Of a DNA stretch of 64,000 bases, positions 46,600-59,699 are shown piece by piece. The position numbers and the translations under genes were made by a program. Position 1 is the stretch's first letter, and each line of letters starts with the position of its first letter. The notes beneath the pieces were generated by a model. That model was not told the origin of the DNA and did not search any database. It saw nothing but the letters and a program-made list of their open reading frames with translations. Source of the stretch: Lama guanicoe (taxonomy: Eukaryota); contig MU054391.1 of assembly GCA_013239625.1 (NCBI GenBank), positions 4,795,824 to 4,859,823 on the forward strand, in the 5' to 3' direction.

Positions 46600-47225
46600 C
46601 TGGTGCATTCAGAAAAAAGCCCCTGCCAGCACACACGCCCAGGCCGCGCACGCATCCACGCGCACAGACACCATCAGCCTTCGGGCGGCGATGAGCGTTC
46701 GGGCGCTTTCTGTGTCTCAGTCACCGGGGCTCGTGGGGGAGGCCCGGGGGACAGGGGAGGTGCCGTCCCTCCGCGCACCGGGGGAGAGCCGGTGAATCAC
46801 GCAGCCCGGTCCTTTCCCAGTTACCAGAGCTATCGGCGCTGACTAAAAACCCAGTAGCAGCTGGCAGGAAACGGGTAGGAGCACTGACCACAGATCAACT
46901 GTAGGCCTCCAAGGAGCAGCAGCAGACAGGCGCTGGGGCAGGAAGTCGAGCTGTCAGGCCTCAGCCCCACGCCTGCTCGCGGGGCACTCCCGGGCCACCC
47001 AGGGCTGCGCGCACCAGATAGGTCTGGGGGTACGGCTGTGGGGTCTCGGCCCACAGCCCCGGAGGGAGAGGAGTGGCCGGGAGGCAGCCAGCAGCCGCGC
47101 GGACGGCCCTGGCTGGGAGCTCCAGGTCCTTCCACGAGCAGCAGCAGAGGCAACGTTTCTCACCATCCGGCCTGTGATGAAGTAACAGCCGGCCGGGGCC
47201 CCCCGTGGGGATCAAGTTAGCTGCT
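46600..47225. other. CpG-rich segment (weak CpG-island-like), no associated exon recognised
   Basis: Visibly high CpG density, e.g. GCCGCGCACGCATCCACGCGCA, CGGGCGGCGATGAGCGTTCGGGCG, GCCGCGCGGACGG. Obs/exp ratio not computed. Confidence 0.4.
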
Positions 47226-47459
47226 GCCCATGCATTTCTTAACCAGGGTCCCGGCAGCCAAAGGGCCAGCTCCCAGGAGGAGAGGGCGCCCAGGCCCACT
47301 GAGAACGTGCAGCAGGGAAGCACTGCTTTACAGACACACCCACCCAAAGCTCTCAAATAAATCCTCTCGCTGCTTCTCAGCCAGTTCGAAGGACATACCC
47401 TCTGAAGTGCATAATGAGAGAGAAAGCAATAGTCCAGCAGTGTCTTTCCCCTACATCAC

Positions 47460-47620
47460 CCCATTTCATGCTTTCAGACATCCCAGGAGGCAGGTCAGAT
47501 TACCCCCATTTTACAGATGAGCAAATAGGGGGGATTTGTACACCTCACCCTGGGTCACAAGATTATAAGGGATAGAGCCAGATTCAAGGTCTGACTGCAG
47601 TCTCTGTGCTGTACACCGAG
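47460..47620 (-). mobile_element. MIR SINE
   Basis: CCCCCATTTTACAGATGAG...GGGTCACA...AGAGCCAGATTCAAGGTCTGACTGCAG. Confidence 0.75.
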
Positions 47621-49374
47621 GTAAATGGCACAGGGAGCCCTTAGGTGCGGGAAGGGACAGAAAGGGAGGGGAGGTGTGCAGAGGTGAGAGCTGAGAGGCC
47701 GTGTTCAGTGTTTCGTAATATCCTCCCATGGCCCGGGGTGGACACCGGCCCACGCAGCCCAGTGAGAGGAGACCCAGCCTCTTTGCACCCCAAAATAGAT
47801 GCAGGGTTCTTCTGGGGACAGCCAGAGCAAGGTGACTGCTGGCCGCCCACTTCTCTGTGACACCTCTGTGACAAGCTTCAGTGTCGGCTCTTGAACCCAT
47901 GAACTGCGTCTCAGCCTCTGAGGGAAAAGGGGCTCCTCTGAGAAGCGCCAAGTCAGGCTTTCCCAGGCCTTCTTCTGGCTCTCTCTGCAGGCGCACCCCT
48001 GCGAGGGGTGGGGGTCCCCTTCCTGTCTCTGAGAAGCAGCGCAGTGCACCTGCCCCTGGGGCGTGAGCGGCCCCCTCTGCTGGCACCGCACCAGGGCCAC
48101 CTCTTGGGGTAGCAAGACGGGAGTTCAGCTGGGCGACTGACTCACCCTTGTTCCTGGAACTGTCTGAAGGCGGGAGAGGATGCTGTGGGTAGGTTCTAAC
48201 TGTATCATCTGGGCTGGGGCCGGTAGCAGATGGTCCTTATAAAAAAAAATACTTCCATGTGGGCTTAAAATAGCACGCACTCACCATCAGCTGAATGGGG
48301 AAATGTAGGAGCCCGGCGGTCACGTGGGGGTGGGCGCTGCAGGCTGCAGGTTGGGACCCGGGGGCCTGGAAGGCAGAAAGGGGAAGCCTTGGCCCCTCCC
48401 ATCCGCCCAGCCCGTAGGACCCGGGTGGTGGTAGCGTCTGCAGCCCCACGATGGTCCTGAGCCCGTGTGACCCACGGGCCCCCTCCATACACGCAGCGGG
48501 GCTGCAGGAGCCAGGCCGGGGACCTCGGAGTCCGCCCGAAGTAAATCTCAGATCTGCCACTCACTTCCCCTTCCTGCAGTTCAGCCCCTTATCTCTAAAA
48601 CGGAGTGAACACGGCAGGTTCTCTGGGAGGACGGAGGGTCTGCGGGGAGCTCCGTCGGGGAGGTGCTCTGTGATCGGCCCCACAGCTTGGGGTCTCGCCC
48701 TGAGGCAGGAGGCAGCCCTCCACCTTTGCCCTCTTTTCTTTTCTGAAAACCATGCTACGTTTTGGCAAGTAGGAGCAAGGGCTCTGAGGGTCTGGGTCAC
48801 GCCCTCGGGGCCGATACTCTGGGCTCCAGGAGGGAAAGGCGAGGACAGGAAAGGCCCCTGGGTGGGCGGTGACAGGTGGAGGGGGGCAGCTCATCCAGAC
48901 AGCCCGGCTCCAGGCAGCAGCACTGGGCCACGAGGGCTCCCCAGGGGGAGCTGCCTCCCTCCTGACACCCTAGAGCGCAGCAAACGGGGTCTCGCGGACT
49001 CAGAGGTAGAAGGCCTCCCGGCCACAGGGTGGGTGTGGGCGGGCCCCTCTGAGGGAGCCAAGAGGCCCCGGGCCACTCTGTCTGGGATGGAGGGCTTCTC
49101 CCGGGTTCACTTCTGTGTCCTTGGGGATGAGCAGTGTGTGTGCTGGTAAATGTGTAACAACTGGCTCTGCAAGGGACTGAAAATAGCTCCAATTTGTGCC
49201 AGCTTTCAGGGTATAAATACTCCCACCCTGGTGGTGTGATCACGGAGCGTGGGGTCGGGAAGATGCTGCAGGGTCCCCTCCACGAACTCTAGCACATGAC
49301 TGGTGAGGGACAGACCAGGGCAAGAATGCTGAAGACAACTCTTCAGTTAGACTCTGTGGCTAACTGTTCATCTG

Positions 49375-49550
49375 ATTAGCTTGGTTAAATCCTGACTCCA
49401 CTTACTCGCTGTGTGGCCTTGGGCAAGTTGCATACCCACTCTGGGCCTCAGCTGGGAAGTAAGGACCGTCACAGCACCACCCTCCTCATCAGGGTGACTG
49501 TCACGTGGCAAGAATCCCTGTGTGAGGGCGACTGTGTTAGGTGTGGAGCA
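49375..49550 (+). mobile_element. MIR SINE
   Basis: GGTTAAATCCTGACTCCACTTACTCGCTGTGTGGCCTTGGGCAAGTT...CTCTGGGCCTCAG. Confidence 0.8.
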
Positions 49551-49759
49551 GAGGGCACACACGCGACTCTCCCAGTGCTCTGTGAGGGGCATGGAGAACC
49601 TCGACCCCCCTCAAAATTAGGCAAACGCTGGCCTCCCCACAACCCCACGTCCTCCTGCTTCCCCTCTTCCCCTCACACACTTCTTCAAAGTGCCGGCGCC
49701 CGCTCCGTTTCCTCTCCCCCCGCCCACCGGCCCACCCCCGGCCCCCTCCTCAGCTGTGG

Positions 49760-50880
49760 CCGACGTCACCAGTGACCTCATTTTCTAAATCCAAGACACG
49801 GTTCTCAGTCACCCTCTTACTCAACTTCCCAGCCCAGGAGGCCCTGCTGACCATTGAACTTGGCTTCTGTGGCAGTTCCCTCTCCTGCTGCCCCTCCCTC
49901 CTGCTCCTCTTTCTCTCTTGGCCTGAGTCGTCTCCCTCTACCTGGCCGTGACCTTCAGGGCGCCTCAAGTCTTCGGTGGAGATGTGTCTCCCCTCCTAAA
50001 CCCTTGCCGGGGAGCCTGCCCCCGCCAGTGGCCTCTGTCTCCCGTACCAACTTCTCCCAAACCCTCCCTCCACCCCAAGGGCACCTCTGCCCCCAGAGGG
50101 GTGCAGCCAAATTCTTCGCACGCACCTCTCGGCTGTTTCAGAGGCATCTCAGGTTTACCTGGTTCAGAACGGAGCTAACAGTCCCCCCCAGAACTGTTCT
50201 GCTTCCAGCGCCTGCGACTTACCAAGTGGCCGCTGTCACCTGGCTGTCATTGCCACCGTTCTGACTCTTGCCCCGGATCTAATCTACCCCCAGACCTGTT
50301 TCCCTCCTGGCATCTGGCAAGGCTGTCCCCTTGGTCTTCTCTCTTCACCCTCACCCCCCGTGCAAGCCAGCACCACCCTGCAGCGCCGCACCATCTAACC
50401 GGGCTCTCCCCAGCCTTGCCTCCAGTCCATCCCCCATGTCCCTCCAGGGTGACCTTTCCAAGCCTCAGGTGCCGTCAGGTCCCCTTCATGCAGGAAACTC
50501 ACACCAGAATCTCACCTGGCTTCTTAGGACCGGAGTGACTAGCCTCAGCCAACTTCTCCCTCTCTCTCCCCTTGCTCTGACTCCACGCCTCACCCTGCAC
50601 TCACCCCTTCAACCCAGTGCCCCATTCATGCCCTTGATTTCAGCCCAGTCACTGCTTTTTTCAGGAAGCCTTCCTCACACCCCCCCCCCCGCCCCACCCC
50701 GGAGAGGGCCTGCGTTGTTCCCCCTCTGAGCTTCCTGTACTGTTCTCTTCATAGCAGTTAGCATGGTTTGTAATTATTCACTTACTTGTGTGGTTAATTG
50801 ATTAACATTTCGCTCTCCCACTGAGCTAGTCATTCCCAAAGGGGGAGTTGACCAGGGTAATGCTTTACCCTGGGGTATTG
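49760..50880 (+). mobile_element. L2 LINE (long degraded 3' portion)
   Basis: GTCACCAGTGACCTC...CTAAATCCAA...TTCTCAGTC...CTTGGCTTC; AGGCATCTCA; CAGGAAGCCTTCC; TAGCAGTTAGCATGGTTTGTAATTATT...CTCCCACTGAG. Confidence 0.7.
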
Positions 50881-52079
50881 TCTGTGAACCGCAGGAGGGC
50901 CGAGCCCCTCCTGCTAAAGGTCCATGCCACTCCCAGCCATTGTGACACCATCAAAGGTACTGGTGCCTTTCCACTCTCCCTGGGAGGCTGGACCGCCCCA
51001 GCTCCTGCCCTGGACGGTAGGACCGGCAGGGCCAGGAATCCTGGCTTAGGTTTGTCCCACCCCGGGTGCCTCGCAGGGCCCTGCGGGACCCAGCGGATGC
51101 TCCGAAAGCACACGTGGATGAGGGAGTGGCAGCTCCTGCCTGGAGGTTTCTGTAGGAGCTGTTCTGATCACCGCGGCAGGAGCTGACAAGCGTTTGCAGT
51201 TGGGTCCGGGAAGTCGTCTTGCTTGTGGCGGACAGAGCGCCTCAGCACCTGAGGTCACTGCTCAGGGTGCAGCCACCCCCTCCTCCCTCCTTCCACAGCT
51301 GCTCAGGGCGCCAAGTGGCAAGGTGGGCCCTCAGGTGACCGTGTGCTAGGGGGAGCCGTGGTTCCCTCTCTGCTTGCCAGGGTCTCTGCTTTCTCCCCGC
51401 CTGCTGCCAGCCTTCTTCTCAGGCCCGCCCGTGAGCCGAATGCAGGGAAGACACCAGCTGGATAGCAGAAGCCTCCACTTGCCATCACCCGAACTCCAAA
51501 CACTTGGCCCAGATTCGGTGACCTTTCCCCAGGTCAGCCAGAATTAACAAGGGGCCTCATTTATCAAAAAACATTCGTCAAGCACTCCCTTCGCACCTCG
51601 GGCCCACCCAGCATGGAGCTGCCTGGACCACTGCGTCCCCGCTCCCTTGGCCTCGCGCGTGCAGCGGTGGCCGAGCACCTGTCCTGTGTCTGCTCGCCTC
51701 ATCCGGTTTAACTGGATGGTTTCAAACCTGTTCTGCGCTGGGACAGGGCTAGGCCGCGGTCACACAGCACGCGGCAACTCCACTCGTGCCTGACCTCACG
51801 AGCTCATAGCTGATCCCGTTCCCCTCTGCCCACTTCACTCAATCCTTGTTCTGTGTCATGCACTCTGCTGAGGCCTCCTGGGAACCCTTCAGAGCTGGGA
51901 AAAGTTCATAGATCTGAGACCATCCAGGATCAAGCCAGAGGGTTTTAAATGGAGAACGAGGGTGTGAAGTGCAGACAAGATGCTATAAAAACCCCAAGAG
52001 GAGAGGTCAGTGTGGGTGGGGCAGCACAACAGAAACTGTAGACGGATGAGCGTCAGGTTGGGCCTTAAAGGGTAGACTC

Positions 52080-52325
52080 ATCATAATCATGGTGATGCCT
52101 AGTACTCACTCAGCACTAACACTGTCCGAATCCACTTTTAGGGACTCTCTCACTTAATCTCACACTTACCCTCTGACATAGGTGTTATTCTTACTCCCAT
52201 TTTGCAGATGAAGGAACTGAGGCACGTGAAACTGAATAACTTGCTTCAGCTTGTACAGCTTATAAAGCAGAGCCAGGATGTGAACACACGCAGTCTGGCT
52301 TTGGGGACAACCTCTTAGACCCCAT
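52080..52325 (-). mobile_element. MIR SINE (near full length)
   Basis: TCACTTAATCTCACA...CCCATTTTGCAGATGAAGGAACTGAGGCAC...AACTTGC...GCAGAGCCAGGATGTGAAC...GCAGTCTGGCT. Confidence 0.85.
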
Positions 52326-52344
52326 TAAGGGGTTTCAGGTGTAA

Positions 52345-52850
52345 TCGTCATCTCTCCCTGTGGAACACAGGTCCCCAGATTTGGCAACCTAACCCCACAT
52401 ATGTTTTATTGCCCCAGTGCCATCGGTCAGGAATCTGGGAGCGGCTTAGCCGGTTCCTCTGGCTCCTGGCCTCTCAATCAATGTGACAGCTTGTGGTCAC
52501 CTCAGGCTCAACAAGGGGAGGGTTTGGCTCTAAGCTCACTCACGTGGCTCTTGCCAGCCTCAGGTCTTCACTGGCTGTTGGCTGGAGGCCTCACCTCCTT
52601 GCCTCTGCACAAGGCAGCTGCCAGAGTGGCAGCCAGCTTCCCTAAGAGCAGGAGAGGGCAGGGCAGAGGTCCCCGCGAGCGTGCAGCCACGTCACAGGAG
52701 AGAGATCCCGTGCCTGTGGCCAACGTCTGTTCCTGAGAAGCGAGTCACCATGCTCAGCCCACATCCCAGGGACGCGTATCATTACGAGAAGCCATGGACA
52801 CCAGAAGTGGGGGGCCGCTGGGCCTCGCGGAGGAGACAGGCGTCCCCAGA
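52345..52850 (-). mobile_element. MLT1F-like LTR
   Basis: GGTCAGGAATCTGGGAGCGGCTTAGCCGG...CTAAGCTCACTCACGTGGCT...GGCTGTTGGCTGGAGGCCTCA...GAAGCGAGTCAC...CAGCCCACA. Confidence 0.8.
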
Positions 52851-54649
52851 CAACATGGGGTGTAAGCTCATTATCTTTTCGTTTGATTCGCACCCCAGGA
52901 ATCCTAATTGTGTTTTCTTAAGTCATAATAATAGCTTCAAAGTGAGCTAAAACTTGACTCCCAGCCTGAGAGAATTCTTCCTCCTGGTCTTCCCAGAAGC
53001 TAAGTGCCAAACGAGATGAGCACTTCTGGACCGTCGTCTGCACACGCAGCTATGTAAAGAAACACAAGTGTATTTGTATTTCACTGGCATCAGGCTAAAA
53101 ACTTGGCACCACCGTCCACTCTTCCCACCCCCTTGCCATACGACTTCAGTCCGTCCCTGACGCCTCGCAAGGGCTTATTTTTTCATCTTTTCCTGTCCCT
53201 CCCTGCTGCCCACAGTGAAGAGATGCTGCTATGGTTCCAGGGTCAGAGTGTCCCCCTTCCGTCATTTCCGGGCGTCTCTATCAATGTCACCTCCCAAGGA
53301 TCCCTATGTACACAGGACAGGCCACCTCTCTAAGACCATCCGTGGCTTCCTGAATCCAAAGGGCAAGTCCCTAACTCGAGTCTGGTCCCCGAGACCCCCT
53401 GTCTCACAGCCCGAACCTGCTCCCCACACAGCCCCTTCCCTCCAGCTACACTGACCTGTGCGCCTTGAACTTATTTGTTGTGGGGCCCCCGCTCATATGT
53501 CCTAACCCTCCAGTACTTTCCCTGTTCCTCTTCACTTCCCCAAAACCTACTCACCCTTCAAGGTCAAGTTCACTCCCCACTCTCTCCATGAACCTCTCCA
53601 AGTACTCACCACGGCAGGCCAAGTACTCCACCGGAGCCGTCTGCGCTCCCTCCCTACACCTCCTGTCCGCCCTCTTCCTCACTACCTGTTCACTCTGTCT
53701 GGTCACCCCGGACGCAAACTCCCGGCTCACCTGGGCGATGGTTCCCAGTGTCCTCCCATCCGAGCACCTGCTCCCAGACAGCCCCACACCTAGAGGGCAG
53801 CTTTCTCCCCCCACACACCGCCCGCTCCTGGCAGCTGTCTGAGGCCGTGCTCTCTCCTGGCAGGGCCGTGCCCAGTTCATCTCTGAGTCCAGAGCGGAGC
53901 TGAGACAGGGGTAAACACCATAACGAAAGATGAGGCAGGTGGAAACTGCTCACGGAGAGGACTCCCCTCTGAAAAATACACCAAAGGTGTTGTACTCTGT
54001 CTCTTTAGTGCTCAGAAGCACAAAGGTATCTTTCCACTTAAAATCTAAGACTATAAACTCAGTATTTTATTGACTGGGGCAGGGAGTGGGAAGAAGGTAT
54101 GGGGGTTTGGGGGAGCTGGAGACAATCACCCACAGCAACTGCTTTAGATGACGCAGAGCCCATGGAGACACATATCCAATGTCCCACTTTTCAGCACTGC
54201 AAGGTCAGACGGCGACGCTGCAAACGCAGGTGGGGCAGAGGCAGACGTGAGCCAGACCCGGGGTGATCACAGGAGCATCAAACCCAACCTCCTAGGGTCA
54301 GCCTGGCCCCTAAGTCCTCCTGTGATGCCTCCCGTCCCCGGACCCTGCTAGATGACCCCCGCATTACTCACTGCACACTTACTCTCCAACCGTATATTCT
54401 GCTGTTCTCGTCCCGCACATTGCTGAGAAGTAAATACGGGTGCCCACATCACACGCATGCCAAAGAGGAGACATGCTTAGCGATCTCTGAGCCACCCCAG
54501 ACGGGGAAGAGGGGGCAGGCCAGGTCATTTACACAAAACGTGGAAGAGAGATGGGGTGAAACCCGCCTTCCTCCCGGCACAGCCGCCGGCAGCCAGGGGC
54601 CCTGCGGGAGGCCTGGGCACTGGTCCCCACTAAGGCCAGCTTTTCTGAA

Positions 54650-55230
54650 AGGCACCTTATCTCAGATTTTTTGGTCTGAGGACCACTTTATACCCTTAAA
54701 AATTAATGAGTATCTGTCCCTGTGGGTGGTCTTTGAAGATATTTACTGTATTAGAAATTACAACTGAGAAAAATGTTTTGAATGTTTATTGCTTTGTATC
54801 AAAAATAACAACAATAAATTCCTTCCATATTGGCACCAGTTTTAAGAAAAGTAACATATTTTCCAAAACAAAACTAACGGTGAGAAGGGTGGCAGCAGTT
54901 TCTAGTTTTCCCGGGCTCCTGAACGTCTGAATGTACAGAAGACAGCTGGCTCCTCGCATCTGCTTCCGCGCGCAGCCTGCGCCGTGCGGCTTTGGCGGAG
55001 GTGCGCGGGGGAGCTCAGCCTCCGGTAAACACGGAGCTGGCGGGGAGAGGACAGCTCTGCGAGAGGCTTTTCAGATAACGGTGGGTAGGTACTCTTTGAT
55101 ATTGAACCAAAAACCCAAGTAGTGGTTTCTTAAAGGTGAGCTGCCGTGTGGAATCTGAAACCATAGCAATTCATTTTTTCAAACTCTGTTACCTAGAAGT
55201 CCACTAGTGATCAGGCACTTGGAATCGTTT
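54650..55230. mobile_element. Charlie1-family (hAT) DNA transposon fragment
   Basis: TTTTTGGTCTGAGGACCACTTTATACCCTTAAAAATTAATGAG...GATATTTACTGTATTAGAAATT...GAAGACAGCTGG...CTTTTCAGATAA...TTTCTTAAAGGT...GTGGAATCTGAAACCAT. Confidence 0.8.
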
Positions 55231-55269
55231 TGTTTTGTCTGAGGCACCGCAGAAGGGCAAGGTGGGGCA

Positions 55270-55480
55270 GGCCATCGGTTTGAACCAGGTTGCCGGCGTT
55301 GGGACCCCGGCTCTCCTACTTGCTCGCTGTGTGAGTACGGCGAGGTGTTAGTCCCTCTGTGCCTCAGTTTCCTCAGCTGTGGAATGGGTCAATAATAGTA
55401 ACATCTCCCTGGCAGTACCACTGTGAGGACCAAGTGAGCCCTGACAGTGAGGCTCCCATTAGGGGCAGTTCTTGTTACTC
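55270..55480 (+). mobile_element. MIR SINE
   Basis: CTCTGTGCCTCAGTTTCCTCAGCTGTGGAATGGG...AATAATAGTA...TGTGAGGAC. Confidence 0.85.
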
Positions 55481-57081
55481 TGGGCTCTGCTCGTCCAAAC
55501 ATGTGCACCCCAGCCTCGCACTTTGTGGGAAAGCCTCCAGGACTGGCTGGCTCTCCCAGGGCCAGGCAGCACGTGGCCCCCATCTCAGGTGACGGCACGG
55601 CCAGGATCTGGAAAAGGTAAGTAGCAGGCAGCCACTCCTGGCTCTCCCTGTCCTCTCAGTGAGGGCCGACAAGTGTGGACAGAGAGGAGCCCTTTGGTCT
55701 GGAAAACTGAGGGGTCTGGGAGATGTGGGGCCAAGGGGGTGGCCAGGACCATGTGTCTCCTCCACAGTTGTCCCAGGTGATCTATAGTCATCATCTTCCA
55801 AAGTAGGCACATGTGACAGGGGAGTGACACCCACAGGTCCCCTCCAGCCCCCAGTGCATGGAGCAGGGGAGACACCTGCACTGGGTTGGGGGGGCTGTGT
55901 GAAAGCCCCCAGCACAGCCTGCACACCCGCCAGCCCTGGGGGGAGACCCACTGCGGAGTGGCACCTCTGCCCCATGAGGCACAGTCCCACAGACAGGTGT
56001 CACAGGAAAAGGGCAGCAGGGCAGAGGCTAGGCTGTGACCGTTTTAACATCACACTCTGAGAGGCGTGGAGTCAGCCCAGGAGGCTCAAATAGAAAGTAC
56101 CTGCAAGACAGATAATAACACCAAAGCCAAAACGCACACCGTGTGGGGAAGGGGACCTGAGCAGGTGGGCCCCACCCGGGAGCGGCGGGGGCCGGGAGGG
56201 CTGGCCTTCGGTCCACAAGCCTGTCGGGTGAGCTCTTCCTTAGGCCCTGTCCCCCGCGAGGTTTCTCTCATGAGGAATTTTGCTGACCCTCAGCTTGCAG
56301 TGACCCTGGACCCAGTCTGAATTCCTTCCACAAGAGATCTTTGTCAACACCACCACCACTGTTTTCAAAGTCAGGGACTAAGGAAATGAATGTAGCTGAA
56401 TCAGGAATAGATGCACACAGTTATGTGGCTAAATGCTCAAAGTAAGAAGGAAAAAGCAGAGGAGGTGGTGGTGCAGAGGTGAGGAGGGGGAGAAGCGGGG
56501 GGAAGAGGAGAGAATGTCCACTGGTGGCGAGCTTACAATGTGTCCCGTCCCGTGTCATCACAAGAAAACTAAAGTCGAAATTATCACCTCCCTGTACAGA
56601 CAACTGAATGAAGGGGGAGTCAGCCACAAGTCACAGCACGGTGGGCGCACTTCAGACCCCAGAGCCCCACCATCCTTTGCCCTTCGCACAGGCTGCTGCT
56701 AAGATTAAGAGATGTGGCGGCAGGAAGATTCTGGAGAAAGTCGTTAAGCAAATTCACATTTGCTCCATATGCATTGTCAGCATTTTACACACAGGTAACC
56801 AAAGTGCTTGTTGACTGCCATAGTGACCTCTCTTAGTGATCACAAGGCAGCAAGTGTAGGCTGTGACAATCAGGTCCAGGTGGATATGACGGGCAGGACA
56901 TAGTGCTGGGGTCGGGAGACCTGGGTCCCAGGGTCTGCCCTGCCTCCCATGTGCTGGGGACCGTGCCCGAACCACTGAAGAGCTGGGTTTCCTGGCCCTG
57001 CAAAATATGAGTGGTGGGGTAGATGAACTCAGTAGCTACTGAAGTTCTCTTCTAAGAAGTGCAGATATGTGCAGAAATTTG

Positions 57082-57298
57082 TAGATACTGACAGGCATAT
57101 GTAGAATAGATAAACAAGATTACACCGTATAGCACATGGAAATATATACAAGATCTTTTGGTAGCTCATAGCGAAAAAAAAATGTGACAGTGAATACATG
57201 CATGTTCATGTATAACTGAAAAATTGTGCTCTACGCTGGAAATTGACACAACATTGTAAACTGACTATAACTCAATAAAAAAAAAGTTGAAAAGAAAA
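57082..57298 (+). mobile_element. Short L1 3'-UTR insertion (artiodactyl/camelid type)
   Basis: TAGATAAACAAG...TATAGCACA...GAAATTGACACAACATTGTAAACTGACTATAACTCAATAAAAAAAAA. 9-bp TSD AGAAATTTG at 57073-57081 and 57299-57307. Confidence 0.9.
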
Positions 57299-57379
57299 AG
57301 AAATTTGGACAGAATTTATGACACATCAGCCAATGATATCATCATGTGTATCCATCCTACGAACTCCATGAACTTCTAA

Positions 57380-59690
57380 TGAACAGGAAAAAGCAATCAT
57401 TGTTTACAGATAATATGACTTTCTAACCACAAATGTTTAAAGATGTCATCTAACAATATTATAACTAAGAGTTCTCTGCAAGATGGCAGGAGGAACGTGA
57501 AAAACTCAGGTTTCCATAGGGCAATGATCATAAGAAAACTTTTAAAGCTCCCATGCCCATTCATAGCTTATAAAAATAAGATACAGGAATAAACCTAACA
57601 GAAGCAGAAGAAGACCTATCTCAGGAAAATTATCAAATCTTTCTTATAAAAGACCCTACTCCTGGATGGGAAGACTCCATTTTTAAAGATGTCAATTCTC
57701 CTCCAAATTCATCTGTAAATGCAAAATAAAAAGTTGTCATGGAACTTAACAAAATGATTGTAAACATCTTACAGAAGAAATTATATATGTGTGTATATAT
57801 GTGTATATATCTCTAAAAAATTAGGAGGAAAAAACTATCAGGGAAGACTTGCCCCCACCCCAGGTATCAGAACACGTAATAACCTCTAGCAACTAAAGCA
57901 CTGGGCATATCTGTGCAGTAAGGCAAGTAGACACCAGTGGGATATGTCAGAGTCCAGAAACAGATCCATTGTAAGTGGAAATTTAACATTTGGTAAAGGA
58001 AGGTGGAGTCGTTTTAAAACACAACCACAGATCCTTTGACAAGCTCTCCACTGTGTTCCCTCTGCTTGAATCTGGTGGGACAGGTGGCTTCCTACCACTT
58101 GAGTGATGCCATGTGACTTCCAAGGTGAGGCCATGGGACGCCGTGCAGCTCCCTCCTTGCTCAGCTGTAGCCCTCCCTCTCGGTGCCCTGCGCTCCCGTC
58201 GAGAAATCAGACTGCCTGAAGTCTCCATACAGCAAAGAGGCCCAGTCCACCCCGAGGCCGCACGCAGGGGCTCCCGTCACAGTCCCGGCTGAGCCCCGCT
58301 TTTGAGGCATCCCAGCCCAGGCGCCCAAACATGTCAGCGGGAGAGCCCCGAGCTAATCCCAGCCCCTGCAGGTCACCCCGGGCCCAGCCATTGACGTCTC
58401 CCGGGCTGAGGCCTCAGACAAGCTCCCCACGTCCTGCCCTGGTTCCCCGTCTGCACAACTCATGGACACGGTGACGGCTGGCCGATCAGTGCCACTAAGG
58501 CTGCAGCCAGTGCATGCAGCAGCGGGAGGCCAGAGCAGAGACTTCCCCAGTGAGTGAGGAAATGACGACCCCTTCGTAAATGGCGTGAAAATCTAGAAGT
58601 CAATTTGATTCCTACCTCATACCATAAACAAAAAATTTAGATGGATTCAAAATCTAATTATTTTTTAATTATGAAAGTATTAAAGATAGAAAAAGCGTTT
58701 TTAAATCTAGCGGGGAGAAGGTACTTCATAAGCATGCTCCCCACCCAAAAAAGACCCAGATTACATAAAAGAAAAGATTGACAAACTTGGCCACATAAAT
58801 ATAAAAATCCTCTTATGACCAAAGTTTCCATAAACAGAGGCAAAAGCTAACTCACATTCTGGTAGAAGGCATTTGCAGCATGTGTAACAACCAGAGGGTG
58901 AATATATTTAAAAACTGAGGAGCATCTATGCATTCAAAAGGCCAGTAACCCAGTCAAACTTTAGGGAATGTGTGTGAGCAGCTAACTCACAGAGAAGAAA
59001 TACAGATAGAAAGTAAAAAGATACAGCTCACTCACTAACAGCCATGCGTATCCATATCAAAATAGCGATATTCCTCCGAAACCAATAAATCGTGTTTCAC
59101 CCAGTATTTTAGTAAAAACTGATACTGATAAGTGGAGAGAGAGAGAGGTGCTGTTCTATGACTGATAGGGGTGTGAACAGGGGTAGTGTTTTTGAAGGAC
59201 AATCTGTTGGATCTCACAAAATCTTACATTCCACACCCAGCAAATCCTTTCCAGCTGTTTATCCCACAGAAATATTCCCATATGTGCAAAAAAAAAAAAA
59301 AGGTTGCTAAGACAATGATCATTGCCCACTGGTTCTAAAAGCAGCCAATTGAAATAATCCCAAATACGTGTTGGTAAGTGATGGGCCGAGTAAACCACGA
59401 GCAGACACACAGTGGATCACTAGGCCTCCTCCTAAAACGAGGAGATGTGCACACGTGGACATAGATGTTAAGCAAACAGCCGGGGGGGGGCACCCTGAGT
59501 TGCTCAGAGGAATTACTTCTAGGAAAATCAGATTGGGCTACAGTATTAGCACTTCGAGGAGAACTTTACCCTTTTCACTCTTACATTCTTCCGAGTTCTT
59601 TATTTTCTTAAAAGTACGAGAGCATATCCGTGCATTATTTGTAAAAAACATTATCAACGTGGGGCCTTTAAAGTGAGGCACAGTGACACT
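57380..59690 (+). mobile_element. Ancient L1 (L1M/L1ME) ORF2 remnant to 3' end, interrupted by an MLT1 LTR
   Basis: 57397-57420 translates SLFTDNMT (degenerate RT motif SLFADDM). About 57654-57720 matches the PCSW.GR...KMSILPK region. Later segments resemble the L1 ORF2 C-terminal region; many frameshifts and stops. Confidence 0.8.
58003..58537 (+). mobile_element. MLT1G/H-like solo LTR nested in old L1
   Basis: GTTTTAAAACACAACCACAGATCCTTTGACA...CTTGAATCTGG...GTGATGCCATGTGACTTCCAAGG...CATCCCAGCCCAGGCGCC...GCTGAGGCCTCAGACA...GCCACTAAG. Confidence 0.75.
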
Positions 59691-59699
59691 AAAGGCCAC

